Source: Thecamonas trahens ATCC 50062 (lineage: Eukaryota > Protista > Apusomonadida). From it: a stretch of DNA of 64,000 nucleotides. The notes beneath the pieces were generated by a model that did no database searches, had not been told where the DNA came from, and saw only the letters and a program-made list of their open reading frames with translations. Position numbers and translations under genes: made by a program. Location: NCBI RefSeq assembly GCF_000142905.1, contig NW_013657640.1:247208-311207 (forward strand), read 5' to 3'. Within the stretch, counting starts at the first letter, position 1, and every line of letters begins with the position of its first letter. Of the stretch, positions 20,762-31,600 are shown piece by piece.

Positions 20762-23700
20762 ATGACAAGGGCCGTAGTCGGCTTTGCGGGCAAGTCGACC
20801 GCCGTCAGGGCTCGGCGGACAGTGAATGTATTCTCTGCGGCCTTTTTCAGCACTCGGACAACAATCTCCCGATGTGCATCAGGACTGAGTGTGATGCTGA
20901 TACTTGTTCTTCTTGCGCATCTTGTCTGTTTACGTGCTCCAGTCTCTGCTAATTGCGTCGTCAAGCACGTCGAGCCGATCATCACTCCTTTGGCAGTCTT
21001 GGATGATGCCTATCAGGTTGTAGCGGCTCTCTTGGACTCTTCCAACAGCTACGTTGACGTTGCGTACGGAGGCCAGGCTGACAACCGAATTATGGTGCTT
21101 ACTCGGACTGCAATTGGCGGTTGGAATGCTCCGGTCATGGTCGACAACACTGAGGACCATCCGCTGTTTATGATCGCGCACGACGTCGACCTCGACAGCT
21201 CGCCAGATCTTGTTGTGCCGTACAGGAGCTCGGACAACGTGGTCATCTACCGCAATGTTGGCTGGGACGCCTCCTTTGGTGCGGCCAAGATCATTCTTGT
21301 CCCATCCGATGCCGACGCCGACCCGTACGGCGTTGCGGTCGGAGATATCAACGGTGACAGCCTGCTCGACCTGCTAGTGGCGGCCGAGAACTCGGACGCA
21401 ATCGAGGTGTTTGTCGGGACCGGGCCCGGCGCATTCTCACCAGTCCCGGTTGACATCACCAGCTCGCTGCCGACTAGCCAGCAACCTAGGGGGCCGCGAC
21501 AGGTCATGGTCCACGACTTTGACGGCGACGGCCACAACGAAGTCATCTTCACCTCGTCATCGTCGAGCGGCAGGCGCGTCATCGCACTGCGTGGGCGGGC
21601 CGACCTTGTCTCGGTCCCAGCAACCTCTGCTGTGCTCCTGGATGACAACTCTGACGGCGCGTACACACTCGACATTGGCGACATCAACAATGACGGCCTC
21701 GACGACGTCGCTGTCACCCTTCGCTCCGAAAACCGTGTCGTCGTTTACTACAACCGCGGTGGCCTGCAGTTCTCGCCGCGGTTTGTCGCCGTCGAGGGCA
21801 TCGACCAGCCGTTTGCTGTCAAGATCGGCGATCTCAACAATGACGGCTGGCCCGACCTGGTCTTCTCAGGTTTCGACGACGACGAGCTCCGCTGGGTGCC
21901 CAATGACGGAGTGGGAACGTTCCGGGCCCCACCGCAGGAGCTGGACGAGTCGCTGGCCAATGCGCGCGGCGTGGCCCTCGCTGACTTTGACGGCGATGGC
22001 AAGCTCGACGTTGTCGCTGCCAGCGACGAGACCAACGGCGAGATCCGGTTGTACACCTTTGACGACACGCTCTCGCCGTTCAAGCCGTTTGTAGCCACGT
22101 TGGTGACCGAGACTGCCAACGGCGCCCAGGGCGTCGAAGTTGGCGATGTGACGGGAGACGGGTTTGCAGACGTCGTCGTCGCCTCTTACAAAGACGACAC
22201 TGTCATGGTCTACGTCAATGATGGCAATGGCAAGTTTGGCACGACCGTCGCCGACCACATCGAGCTGTACCCTGCGCCTGAGGAGCCTGGGACCGTGACC
22301 CTGGCTGACTTTGACGGCAACGGGTGGCTGGACGTTGCTGTCGGTGGCAAAGTGTCCGACACAGTCGAGTGGTGGCCCAACACCGGGCATGGCACCTTTG
22401 GCGCCCGTCTTCTCATCGGCACATGTCCCGAGCCGCGCCGACTCACTCCTGGCGACCTCAACAATGATGGGGTGCCTGACTTGGTTGTCGGGTGTTCTAA
22501 CCGCGAGGATCCCAACCCGTCACTTCTCGTCTTTCTCAACGTCAACAGCGCCGCCGCCTGGACCAGGATTGCAGTCTTTGGCTCTATCGCCCCTTCAGAG
22601 TACTTTAGCATTGGTCTCGGCGACATCGACCTTGATGGGTATGTTGACGTGGTCTTTTCCGCCTCGACGCTGCAAACCTTGGCGTGGTCGCGCAACCTGG
22701 CTGGCACGGCCTTTGCCCCACCAACCACCATCGAGTTGCTCGGTGGCGTCGATGAACCACTCGGCATTGCGTTGTGCGACGCCAACGGCGATGGCGGGCT
22801 CGACCTCGTTGCTGGCATCTTGGTCGACTCGACCTCGTCGCGTGTCTCGGTCTACATGCAGACTGGACCCGGAACCGGGCTCTTTGCGCCGCCGGTCGAC
22901 TACGGAGTCTTTGACCGACCGTTTGCTGTGGATTGTGACGACCTGACCGGCGACGGTATGCCGGACATTGCGCTCGGGGATCGCGACGACGACGACATCT
23001 ACTGGTTCCGGAACTTGGGCTCGGGCACATTTGGCTCTGCCACCATTCTTCTCGCCACTGCCGACACGGTGACCACTGTCCGTATCCGCGACGTCAACAG
23101 CGACGGGTACAACGACATCGTCACTTCGTCACTAGGTGACGACAAGGTGAGGATCCTGTACCAGCGTCCGCTTCTGAGCGCGACAGCGCAAGTGGCCCAG
23201 CTCCCACCGGTCGCGACCGGTGTACAGCACACGCTGCCACAGTTGCACTACGCACTCAATGTTGCGTCGCGGTGCGTCCCGCAGCGGATCGATCTCCCGG
23301 CGGGCTACAATATCTCGGGCTGCTCCGCGTGGGGCCATCTTCCGGTCCCGGCTGGCGTCGACTGGACTGTGGCCGGCCCTGCAGGCTTGAGCGGAGACTC
23401 ACGGCCGGTGATCGATTGCGGCGCTTCCGGCGGCGTGATGTTCGAGGTCACGGCGGGCGGCTCGCTGGTGCTGGAGAACATCCGGCTGCAGCGCGCCACG
23501 GTGGGTGCGGAAGTGACGGCGGCAACCGGGTTGCGCGTGAGCGGGAGCGGCGCCGAGCTGGCGCTGGCCAATGTGACGGTGACCGGCTTTTCGTCGGCGG
23601 CCTCGTCGGCGCTGCAGCTCTACTCGGGCATGGGCGGAGCGATGATGGTGGTCAACGGTGGGCGGGTTCTCGCCGAGAACTGTGTGTTCTCCCGCAACAC

Positions 23701-26697
23701 AGCCGCCGACGTCGGCGGCATGGCGGCGCTCGTTGGTCTTGGCTCGGTGCTTGAGCTGGCGAACTGCGAGGTGACGGGCAACAGCGCGCTCGGCGGCGGC
23801 GGCGGCGGCGTGGCGGTCTTTTCGCCCGACGGCCGCGTCGCTACTCGCGACGGATGCTTATTTGCGAACAACATGGCTCCGGCTGGGACCGGCGGTGCGG
23901 TCCTTGTCGACAGTGGCGCGACAAATGCGCGCGTCAGTCTTGCCTCTACCCGGATTGTCGACAACGTCGCCGGCATCATCGGCGGTGGGCTCGGAGTGTT
24001 TGCCGCGGATGCCGCACGGGTTGAAATCGGCAGCGGCTCGCTTGTCCTCGACAACCGCGCCCAGGTCGGTGGTGGAGTTGGTGTTGTGGAGAGCAGATAT
24101 GCTGTTCCGAAAGCACCAGGCTTTGCATCATCGGCGCTGGCGCGGGCCACTGCTAGCAGTGTGGCCAACGCAAGCGTAGTATTTCTACCCGGCTCGATTC
24201 TGGCCGGCAACCACGCGAGTTACGGTGGCGGGTTCTTTGCCTGCGGCGCAGCCGTGGACGCACAGCAGGCGAGCCTCGCAGCGCCGACGCCGGTGGCCAG
24301 CATCGGCGGTGGGTACGCGTTTGTCTGTCGCTTGTCAGACGGAAGCGCGCCTGCGATACCGACGTGGGTGATCGACCCAGTTTCCGGAGCACCAAGCTGT
24401 ACTGCAGGTGGGTACGGACCGCAGCTGGCGACACCACCGGCGACGCTCGAGGTGGTGGACGGGGTGCCGTCAGCGGCATCCGGCGTGGCGTTTGGCGGCG
24501 GCGCCGTGGTGGCGCGCGACGGACTTGGGCAGGGCGTGGTTGACGGCCTGCTTGTGCTACGTGTGAAGGGCCCAGAGGTTGCGAATGTGATGGTGACCGG
24601 GGCCGAGCTGGGCATTGCTTTTTCGACGCTGACCGGCAGCGCCGACCTCGCCGGGGTGGGCGTGGCGGCAAGCGATGGGGTGCTCCCGCTTGAAGGGGCG
24701 GCACTCGAGTTGAGCGTGGGTGACGTGTCGAGGACGATGTCGATCAACGTCCGGCGCTGCCCCGCGGGCTTTGGATCTGACTCGGAGTCTGCGCTTGCGC
24801 CGACGTTTCTGATGTGCGTGCGGTGCGGCGACGGGTCGTACTCGGACTTTGAGTCGTCCGAGAGCTGCCAGGCGGTGCCCGAGTGCCCGGGCGCGTCGCA
24901 ACGGCCGGCGGCAAATAACGCGACACACCTGGCAGCGTGCGTGTGCGATCGTGGGTTCTGGTCACCGGAGGTGCGGCCGACGCGGGCATGTATGGTGTGT
25001 CCCGAGGGCGCCGAGTGCGACGGCGGGCGGGCGGTGCCGTTGGCCAAGCCGGGCTGGAAGCGGACGAGCACGAGCGAGTTTGTCTTTGCCGAGTGCCCGA
25101 CGCCGTCGGCGTGCCTCGGCGGGCGGGCTGGCGTCGAGTGTGCGCCGGCGTATGATCCGGCGAGCTTGATGTGTCGCAGCTGCGCCAGCAACGCGTTTCG
25201 ATTCTCCGACGGAACGTGCCGCAAGTGCCCAGCCATGTCGCTGCCAATGCTCTACCTGTTTGTAGGCAGTGTGACGATGGTGGCTCTGGCTGCGGCGGGC
25301 GTCGTTGGATGCACGGCGCGGATGATCGAGCGCGACGAAAGAGCGGCGCCAGAGGCAATGCCGCAGTCGGAGCGATACAAGCTTGTGCCGCACGCGCTCT
25401 CTGTCGGGCTCGTGTACATCCAGATTCTGGGCCTTCTTGCCGACGCACCGGTCAATTGGCCGAAGACGCCTGTGCGTGACGCGCTGCGGGTGGCCAACGC
25501 AGCCAACATCGACTTGTCAATTTTTGCCACCGACTGCACCATCAAGGACTTTGCGACGAGGTACTTGGTATCCGTGGGAGTCCCGCTGCTGTTTGCGGCG
25601 ATGGCGTGCGGATGGATGATGGGGCTCAAGTTTTGCGCGCAGTGGGTGCGGTGTTTCGAAAGTCTGCGGTGGCGCAGACTCCGGCGTGGTCACTCTGTGG
25701 ACGGCTGGTGTTTACGCTCGGCCCGCTAGTGTACATTCCGCTGTGTCGGATCACGCTGGTGTTCTTTGACTGCACGCGGCTGCCGGACGGCAACTACTAC
25801 TTGGACGCAAACCTGAACGAGCAGTGCTTTTCGGCGACGTGGATGAAGCTGCTGCCTGTTGCGCTCGTGGCGCTTGTGGCGTATGTGCTTGCGCTTCCGA
25901 CGTTTTTTGCAGTGACGCTGTGGCGAAACCGGCATCGGCTGAGTGAGCCTGCAGTGTTTGCGCGATACGGGCCGATGTACTCGTCGTACCGGAGCACGTA
26001 CTTTTGGTTCGAGCTGGCGCAGCTTGTCAAGCGCCTCCTCATTGTGAGTGCAGCGCTGTTCTTCTCGCGGATCCAGGTGTGGCTGCTCTCGGTGCTTGTG
26101 GTCATTTTTGCGGTGTTTGGCGCGTATCAGCTCAAACATGAGCCGTACTTTTTCCCCGTCCACAACACGCTTGAGACGCGGCTCAACGGGTCGGTCCTTA
26201 TCCTACTCGGCTGCGGGGTCCTGTTCTGGGCGGACGACTTTCCGAACGACCTGGCCTACAAAGTGATTGCGGCGGTGGCGGCTGCAGCGATCGGGCTCTC
26301 GCTCACTTTCCTCGCGCTCGCTGCTGGGCGCGATGTGCACGCGACGATCCGGTCGCGGCGGGTGGTGGCCGACGGCGGGAGAAGCGATGACGGCGCTGAG
26401 CTCGGGCTGCTCTCGACCCGCGACGAGGTCTTTCTCTCGCTGCTCTCCCGGCACGCCAGCGACCTCGAGCATCCTGCGCTTGCGCAGCCTGTGCTCAGCA
26501 TCCAGAAGCGGTTTCAGAGCAAGGGCGAACTGGGTGGCCGCTCCGAGTCGAGCGCGTCGTCAAGCGTGTTGTCGAGTACCTCGTCGAGCACGTTTGAACG
26601 AGAGGCGATCAAGACACGGGTCGTCAGCTTTGCGCTTGATGACCTGGAGCAGAGAAGGGCGAGCTCGAGCGGGGCGAGCTCGCTCGAGTTGTCATAA
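20762..26697 (+). CDS. FG-GAP beta-propeller + PMP-like beta-helix + Cys-rich + multipass TM protein; frameshift within 25606-25729
   Basis: About 14 DxDGDGxxD (FG-GAP/VCBS) motifs, GGA(I/M/V)..FxxN repeats and CxxC modules; the TM helices continue in ORF 25606-26697. The start may be ATG 20894 (signal peptide). Confidence 0.85.
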
Positions 26698-26731
26698 AGC
26701 ACGCGTGGTTTACGCAGCAGGATGCCTTTCG

Positions 26732-28138
26732 CTACTCGACAGTGAGCGAGGAGGGGTAGCGGACCCAGATGTCGCCGTAGCGGAGCCACTCGGTGGAGGA
26801 GCGGATCCAGCGGCCATTGTATCGGATCCAGTCGCCGTCGACAGCGTCGAGCGACTTGCGCTCGAGAAGCTCGCCGCGCAGCTTTGTGGAGGAGACGCCC
26901 TGAGTGTAGGGCAGGAGCTTGATGGTGAGTAGCTTCTCACAGAGCTCGCGGCCGGGAAAGTTGGGCATGTCTTGGCCGCGGATGTAGCAGGAGGAGTCTG
27001 CGTCTGAGCGATCGATGATGCAGTCGAGGTACGGGGTAGGGTTTGTGGACGGGATGACAAAGACGACGTCCGCGTAGGTCTTGACATTGCGGATGCGCTT
27101 GACGGTGTTGTCCATGGGGTAGCGGTTCTTGAGGCGGAAGATGGACTCGTCGTCGTGGACGCCGACGACGATGCGCGCGGCGTGCTCGCGCATACGAGTG
27201 AGGAGGCGGATGTGGCCGTCGTGGAAGAGGTCGAAGCAGCCGACAGTGTATGCGGTGGTGAACTCGGGGGTGGCAGCCGGGCCTGCGCCCGAGCCGAACA
27301 GCTCGGTCGCCTGATGGACCGGCGACTGGAGCTTGAGGCGCTCAAGCTCGGCCAGCGCCGAGGCCTTGCCGACCGACGAGGTGCGGACCTGGAACTTGTG
27401 GGCGAGCGAGGTGTGGGCCCAGCGGACAGAGAGGGCGAGGCCGGCGAGGGCAAAGTAGGCGAGGAGGGTGAAGAGGTCAGCGGCACAGGAGAGGAAGAGA
27501 AAGGCGAGGCCGATCGAGTCGAGCTTCTCCTTGACCTTTGCCTCGATGGAGAAGCCGATCATGCCGCCGGCACCGCCATAGCGGGCGTAGCCGACGTCAT
27601 CCGAGGGGCGGCTGGGGAAAAAGTCGATGACGCGGACGGCCATATCGACGACTTCGTAGCCAGTGAGGACGGCGAGGACGAGAAAGGCAGCAGCGCGAAG
27701 CGGGAGCGGAAAGGGAAGCTCGTTGACGTTGAGGAGCATGGCAACAAAGCCGACACAGTTGACCAACTTGCCGACAAAGATGGAGAGAAAGGTGACGAGC
27801 GGATCATCGTCCTGATGCTTCTTTGTCTTGCGATCTTGAGAGACAAGACCAGAGAGATGAGCGAGAAAAACATCATGCACAATGAGAGACAATGCCGAGA
27901 GCCAAGGCAGACCAAGGGCCATGCCCAGAATGAGGGGAATAACCATGGCGAGACGAACGGCTTGGACAGTGACAGGCGAGTTGGGAACGATGGCAAGACC
28001 AAAGAGCGAGATAGCATTGCTCGGCAGCGATGCCATGGCTGCCTTGCAAGCCAGCGTTGTCGGCACATACACAACCTTGTCATACACCTGTACAGCAAGC
28101 CATAGAAATGGCCCAGACATGTGGTTGCTACCGGACAT
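26732..28138 (-). CDS. Fusion of a degenerate CDP-alcohol phosphotransferase-like membrane domain and an HxGH cytidylyltransferase (TagD/ECT family)
   Basis: C-terminal YTVGCFDLFHDGH, VVGVHDD, RGQD, YTQGVSSTKLR; multipass hydrophobic N-terminal half. Confidence 0.8.
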   Translation of the reverse strand: MSGSNHMSGPFLWLAVQVYDKVVYVPTTLACKAAMASLPSNAISLFGLAIVPNSPVTVQAVRLAMVIPLILGMALGLPWLSALSLIVHDVFLAHLSGLVSQDRKTKKHQDDDPLVTFLSIFVGKLVNCVGFVAMLLNVNELPFPLPLRAAAFLVLAVLTGYEVVDMAVRVIDFFPSRPSDDVGYARYGGAGGMIGFSIEAKVKEKLDSIGLAFLFLSCAADLFTLLAYFALAGLALSVRWAHTSLAHKFQVRTSSVGKASALAELERLKLQSPVHQATELFGSGAGPAATPEFTTAYTVGCFDLFHDGHIRLLTRMREHAARIVVGVHDDESIFRLKNRYPMDNTVKRIRNVKTYADVVFVIPSTNPTPYLDCIIDRSDADSSCYIRGQDMPNFPGRELCEKLLTIKLLPYTQGVSSTKLRGELLERKSLDAVDGDWIRYNGRWIRSSTEWLRYGDIWVRYPSSLTVE

Positions 28139-28640
28139 GGACAACGGAGGCTGTTGAGTGCGGTGTGCGGGGCTGGTGGTGCGGGGGTGTACCTGCGCGT
28201 GACGTTCGGTGGACGTTTGCGTGAGCGCAATGATTTCGGGTGAAAGTTTTTTTGGTTCAATTTTTTTCTGTGATGCCGCGGTGGGAGGAGACAGGAGGGG
28301 GGGGGGGCATGGGCGCGTGGTATCGGGTGGCATGAAGACGTCCTAACAAACATGTGCGTCTTTGCGTGCTGTGCTTACAAGGTGTGTGTGTGTGCGTGTG
28401 TGTGTGTGTTTGTGTGTGTGTCGAGTAGAGAGATCTTGCGCGAACGTGGACATGAGGGGTTAGTACGCGGGCTCGACAGGTATGACGGCATCTGTGAGCA
28501 TGGAGAATGTTACATACAATGACAAGAGCATGAATGGCGTGCTGCATCGCATGGCCGATCCGCACCCGATGGCCGCACCGCCAAACAGCGCTAAATGCCT
28601 TCCACAACGACGCTCGACTCCAGTGCATCGCAGGCCGGCG

Positions 28641-31600
28641 CTAGCGCAGCGTGGTGATGATCGGCCAGACGAGGGCCGCGATAAAGACAAAGCACATGCA
28701 GATGTTGCCGACAAGAAAGGCGGCGTTGAGAATGCGTGACGAAGTCGAGCCGTGGACGGTGTTGACGATGCCGACGACAAGCATGAGCGAAACGGCGCAC
28801 ATCGCCGTGGCGCACGCCTCGATCCACGACGCCAGCGCAGACTTGTACGGCCAGAGCGCAAAGTGGACAACAAGGGCCAGAAGAAGGATACCAAGCATGG
28901 CAATCGAGGCAAAGGTAAAGTGCGGATCGTTGTCAAAGATGGCAATGGTGGCTACAAGGGCAAAGGTTAGCCGCCGGACGAGGACCACCACCTCGTACCA
29001 CCGACAGCTCGGCCGGTAGCTTGCGCGCAGAAAGTCGAGCGCAATGTAGATCGGCGAGTGCTGGGTCCGCTCCTGGCGCGCGACGTAGATGATAGTGACA
29101 GCACCCGCAATGATAATGATGATTGTGGCGATGGCGACCTTGGCCATGCCGCCGTACTCACTGCTACCCACCTCGCACCTGATCCACGGCGCGACAAAGA
29201 GGAACCGCCCGGCCGAGAGCTCGTGCTGTGGGATTTCAGGGACGCACGCAAAGATCGAGAACGCGCGCGAGGCGGTGGGAAAGATGAAAAAGTAGGTGAC
29301 CACCAGAAGCATCCGTAGCGCCCGTGCCTGCAGTCCGCGCACGTCGCGCATCTTCTGAGCGTCGACCACTCGCCGCGACGTCGGCCCGTGCTCCGAGTAG
29401 TGGCTCTGGCTGACGCAGAGAATGAAGCGGTGGCAAGTAAAGGCGGCGGCGACCGCTGCCATGAGCATGATTGGCAGCGAGAGAGTGAGATAGAACTGGT
29501 GCTCAAAGTCAAGGCCTGCACACGCCAGGCCGGTCATCTGGACGCTCGACGCCTCGACGACGCTCGCCAGCGACTGGGCCACCTCGGTTGGGTCGATGTC
29601 ATAGACGGCCACAATCGCCGCAAGCGACTGCAGGTACACGATAAACGACTTGGAGACAGCTTCGACGTGCCTGCGCACCTCAGTCCGCCCCTGGTGACCG
29701 ACCGATGTGCTCGTCATCCGCAGCGACCGCGGGCCATCAAAGAGAACCGAGCTCGACCGTGGGCTCATGCCCTTGATCGCGTGTGTCTCGGCTGGGTCAG
29801 AGAGCGACGACGAGTCGGACGAGGTCGACGACCGAGCAGCAAGAAACAGCTGGGCGGTGTCGGCATGCGCGACGCCGCTGCGTCTCACTGCGGCGCGATA
29901 CTCACGGATCCGATCGACGACCACGTAGAGCAGGATGGAGAGGAGGCCGAGGCTGATGACCGCGAGCTCATAGTTGCGGCGGAGACCCATGACCGCCATA
30001 AGGCCTACGACGATAGCCTCAAACACAAAAAGCGCAACCTCGCGCCAGAGCCATGCCATCCATCGCAAGCCCTGCCGGAGCGCGTGACACTGCTCGATGC
30101 CCGAGATGGCGGCAAAGTTGAGCTGTTGAAGCGAGACTCGCCGATCGGCCATGAGAACAAAGACAATGACCATGACCATACTGAAGAGCAAGATGCCGGC
30201 GGTGGCAACCAGCGACACCGACTTTCCGCTTGCCAAGCACCGCCGGCACTCACCCGCAGTGTCGGTAAAATACCCGTCAGCGCACCGGGAGCAGAGCCGG
30301 CCAGCATAGCCATCGGCGCACTGCGTGCCGTTGTGCCCGGGACACACCCTCTGCGCACGGACAAGTGAGTCACGGCAGGGGATAAAGACGTAGTCAATCT
30401 CGCGGTCGCGGCTCGTGCGGCGACAGCCCGAGTTGATCGACATCTGGTAGCCAGGCCGGGCGATTGGGTGCGCGTCACCTCCCGGGCACACTGCGCCCTC
30501 AATCGCCGCACACGAGACGCATCCAGTAGCGTTGGCCCAAGCCCCGCACCGGAACGAGCCCTGCTGGCAGTGGCAGTCGCTGACGGCACCAGAGCCGGGA
30601 AGCGAGGTGGTGAGCGGCGGACAAGCGTCGCACTTGGGAACGCACATCGATCCAAAGTCGCCGTACGTGTTGCCCGGGCACTCGGTACAGAACGCGCGCA
30701 GGCCGCAGCCTGTCCTTCGCTGACCGGCCGGGCAGGTGTGCGCCTGGGCCGATGAGATGCGGAATGGCGAGCCCGGAATGGAGCGGAAGCCTTGGTCCGA
30801 AACGGGCGCGGACGTAAGCAAACGAAAAGTCGCGGCCGTCGGCCGGCGGGCGAGCGGAAAGGTAACAACCTGCATGCCGTTGCACTCGGCCATGGTTAGA
30901 GGCGAGGTGACACCGTCGATGACCACCGACGCCGTAGCGCTGGGATCGCCATCGGCCGGCGCAAGCCAGTTGCCGAACTCGTCAAAGATCATGACGCCGG
31001 CGGTGGCTGGTGCCGCCAGCTCGATCAGGGCTGTCGGGCTAAAGGTCCTGGGCAGCAGCGTGTTGCATGCACCGCAGCACGCGGCGTACGACATCTGGTG
31101 ATTGGCAGGGCCAGGAGTTACCTCGATGGTGCGAGAACCCATCGCAAGCCTGGTGCCGTCTTTGGCGAGGACAAGGGTGAGGTTGTAAGTACCAGCCCGC
31201 GTGGGCGCGATGAGCGGCACCTTGTACGTACCCGATGCGTACGAACCCTTGCCGAGAGTAAAGTTCGATCCGGGCAACAGGACCGGCGTTTCGGCCTCGA
31301 CAGGCCACGACAGGAAGATTATGGTGGTTGACGCAACCATGACCGACGATGGCGGACCAGACAAGGCCGTGGCGTTGTACAGGCACGGCGGGAGAGCGGG
31401 CGTCCAGTCATCGTCCATATCGCAGGTGACAACTGGCGCGAATGGCGGGAGTACGTAGTTGTCATCGCATGTGATGGCAAGTGACCACACACTGGTGTGG
31501 ATCATTTCGGTCTTGCCGTGTGGGACGACATCCACCGAAACGGAATTGCAACTGCAAGGAGGCGGCGGTGGTGGTGGAGGCGATGGAGGTGGCGGTGAAG

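Noticed and set aside
20762-23200. Integrin alpha subunit
   Set aside because: Two propellers and a multipass C-terminus, with no thigh/calf domains or GFFKR motif seen.
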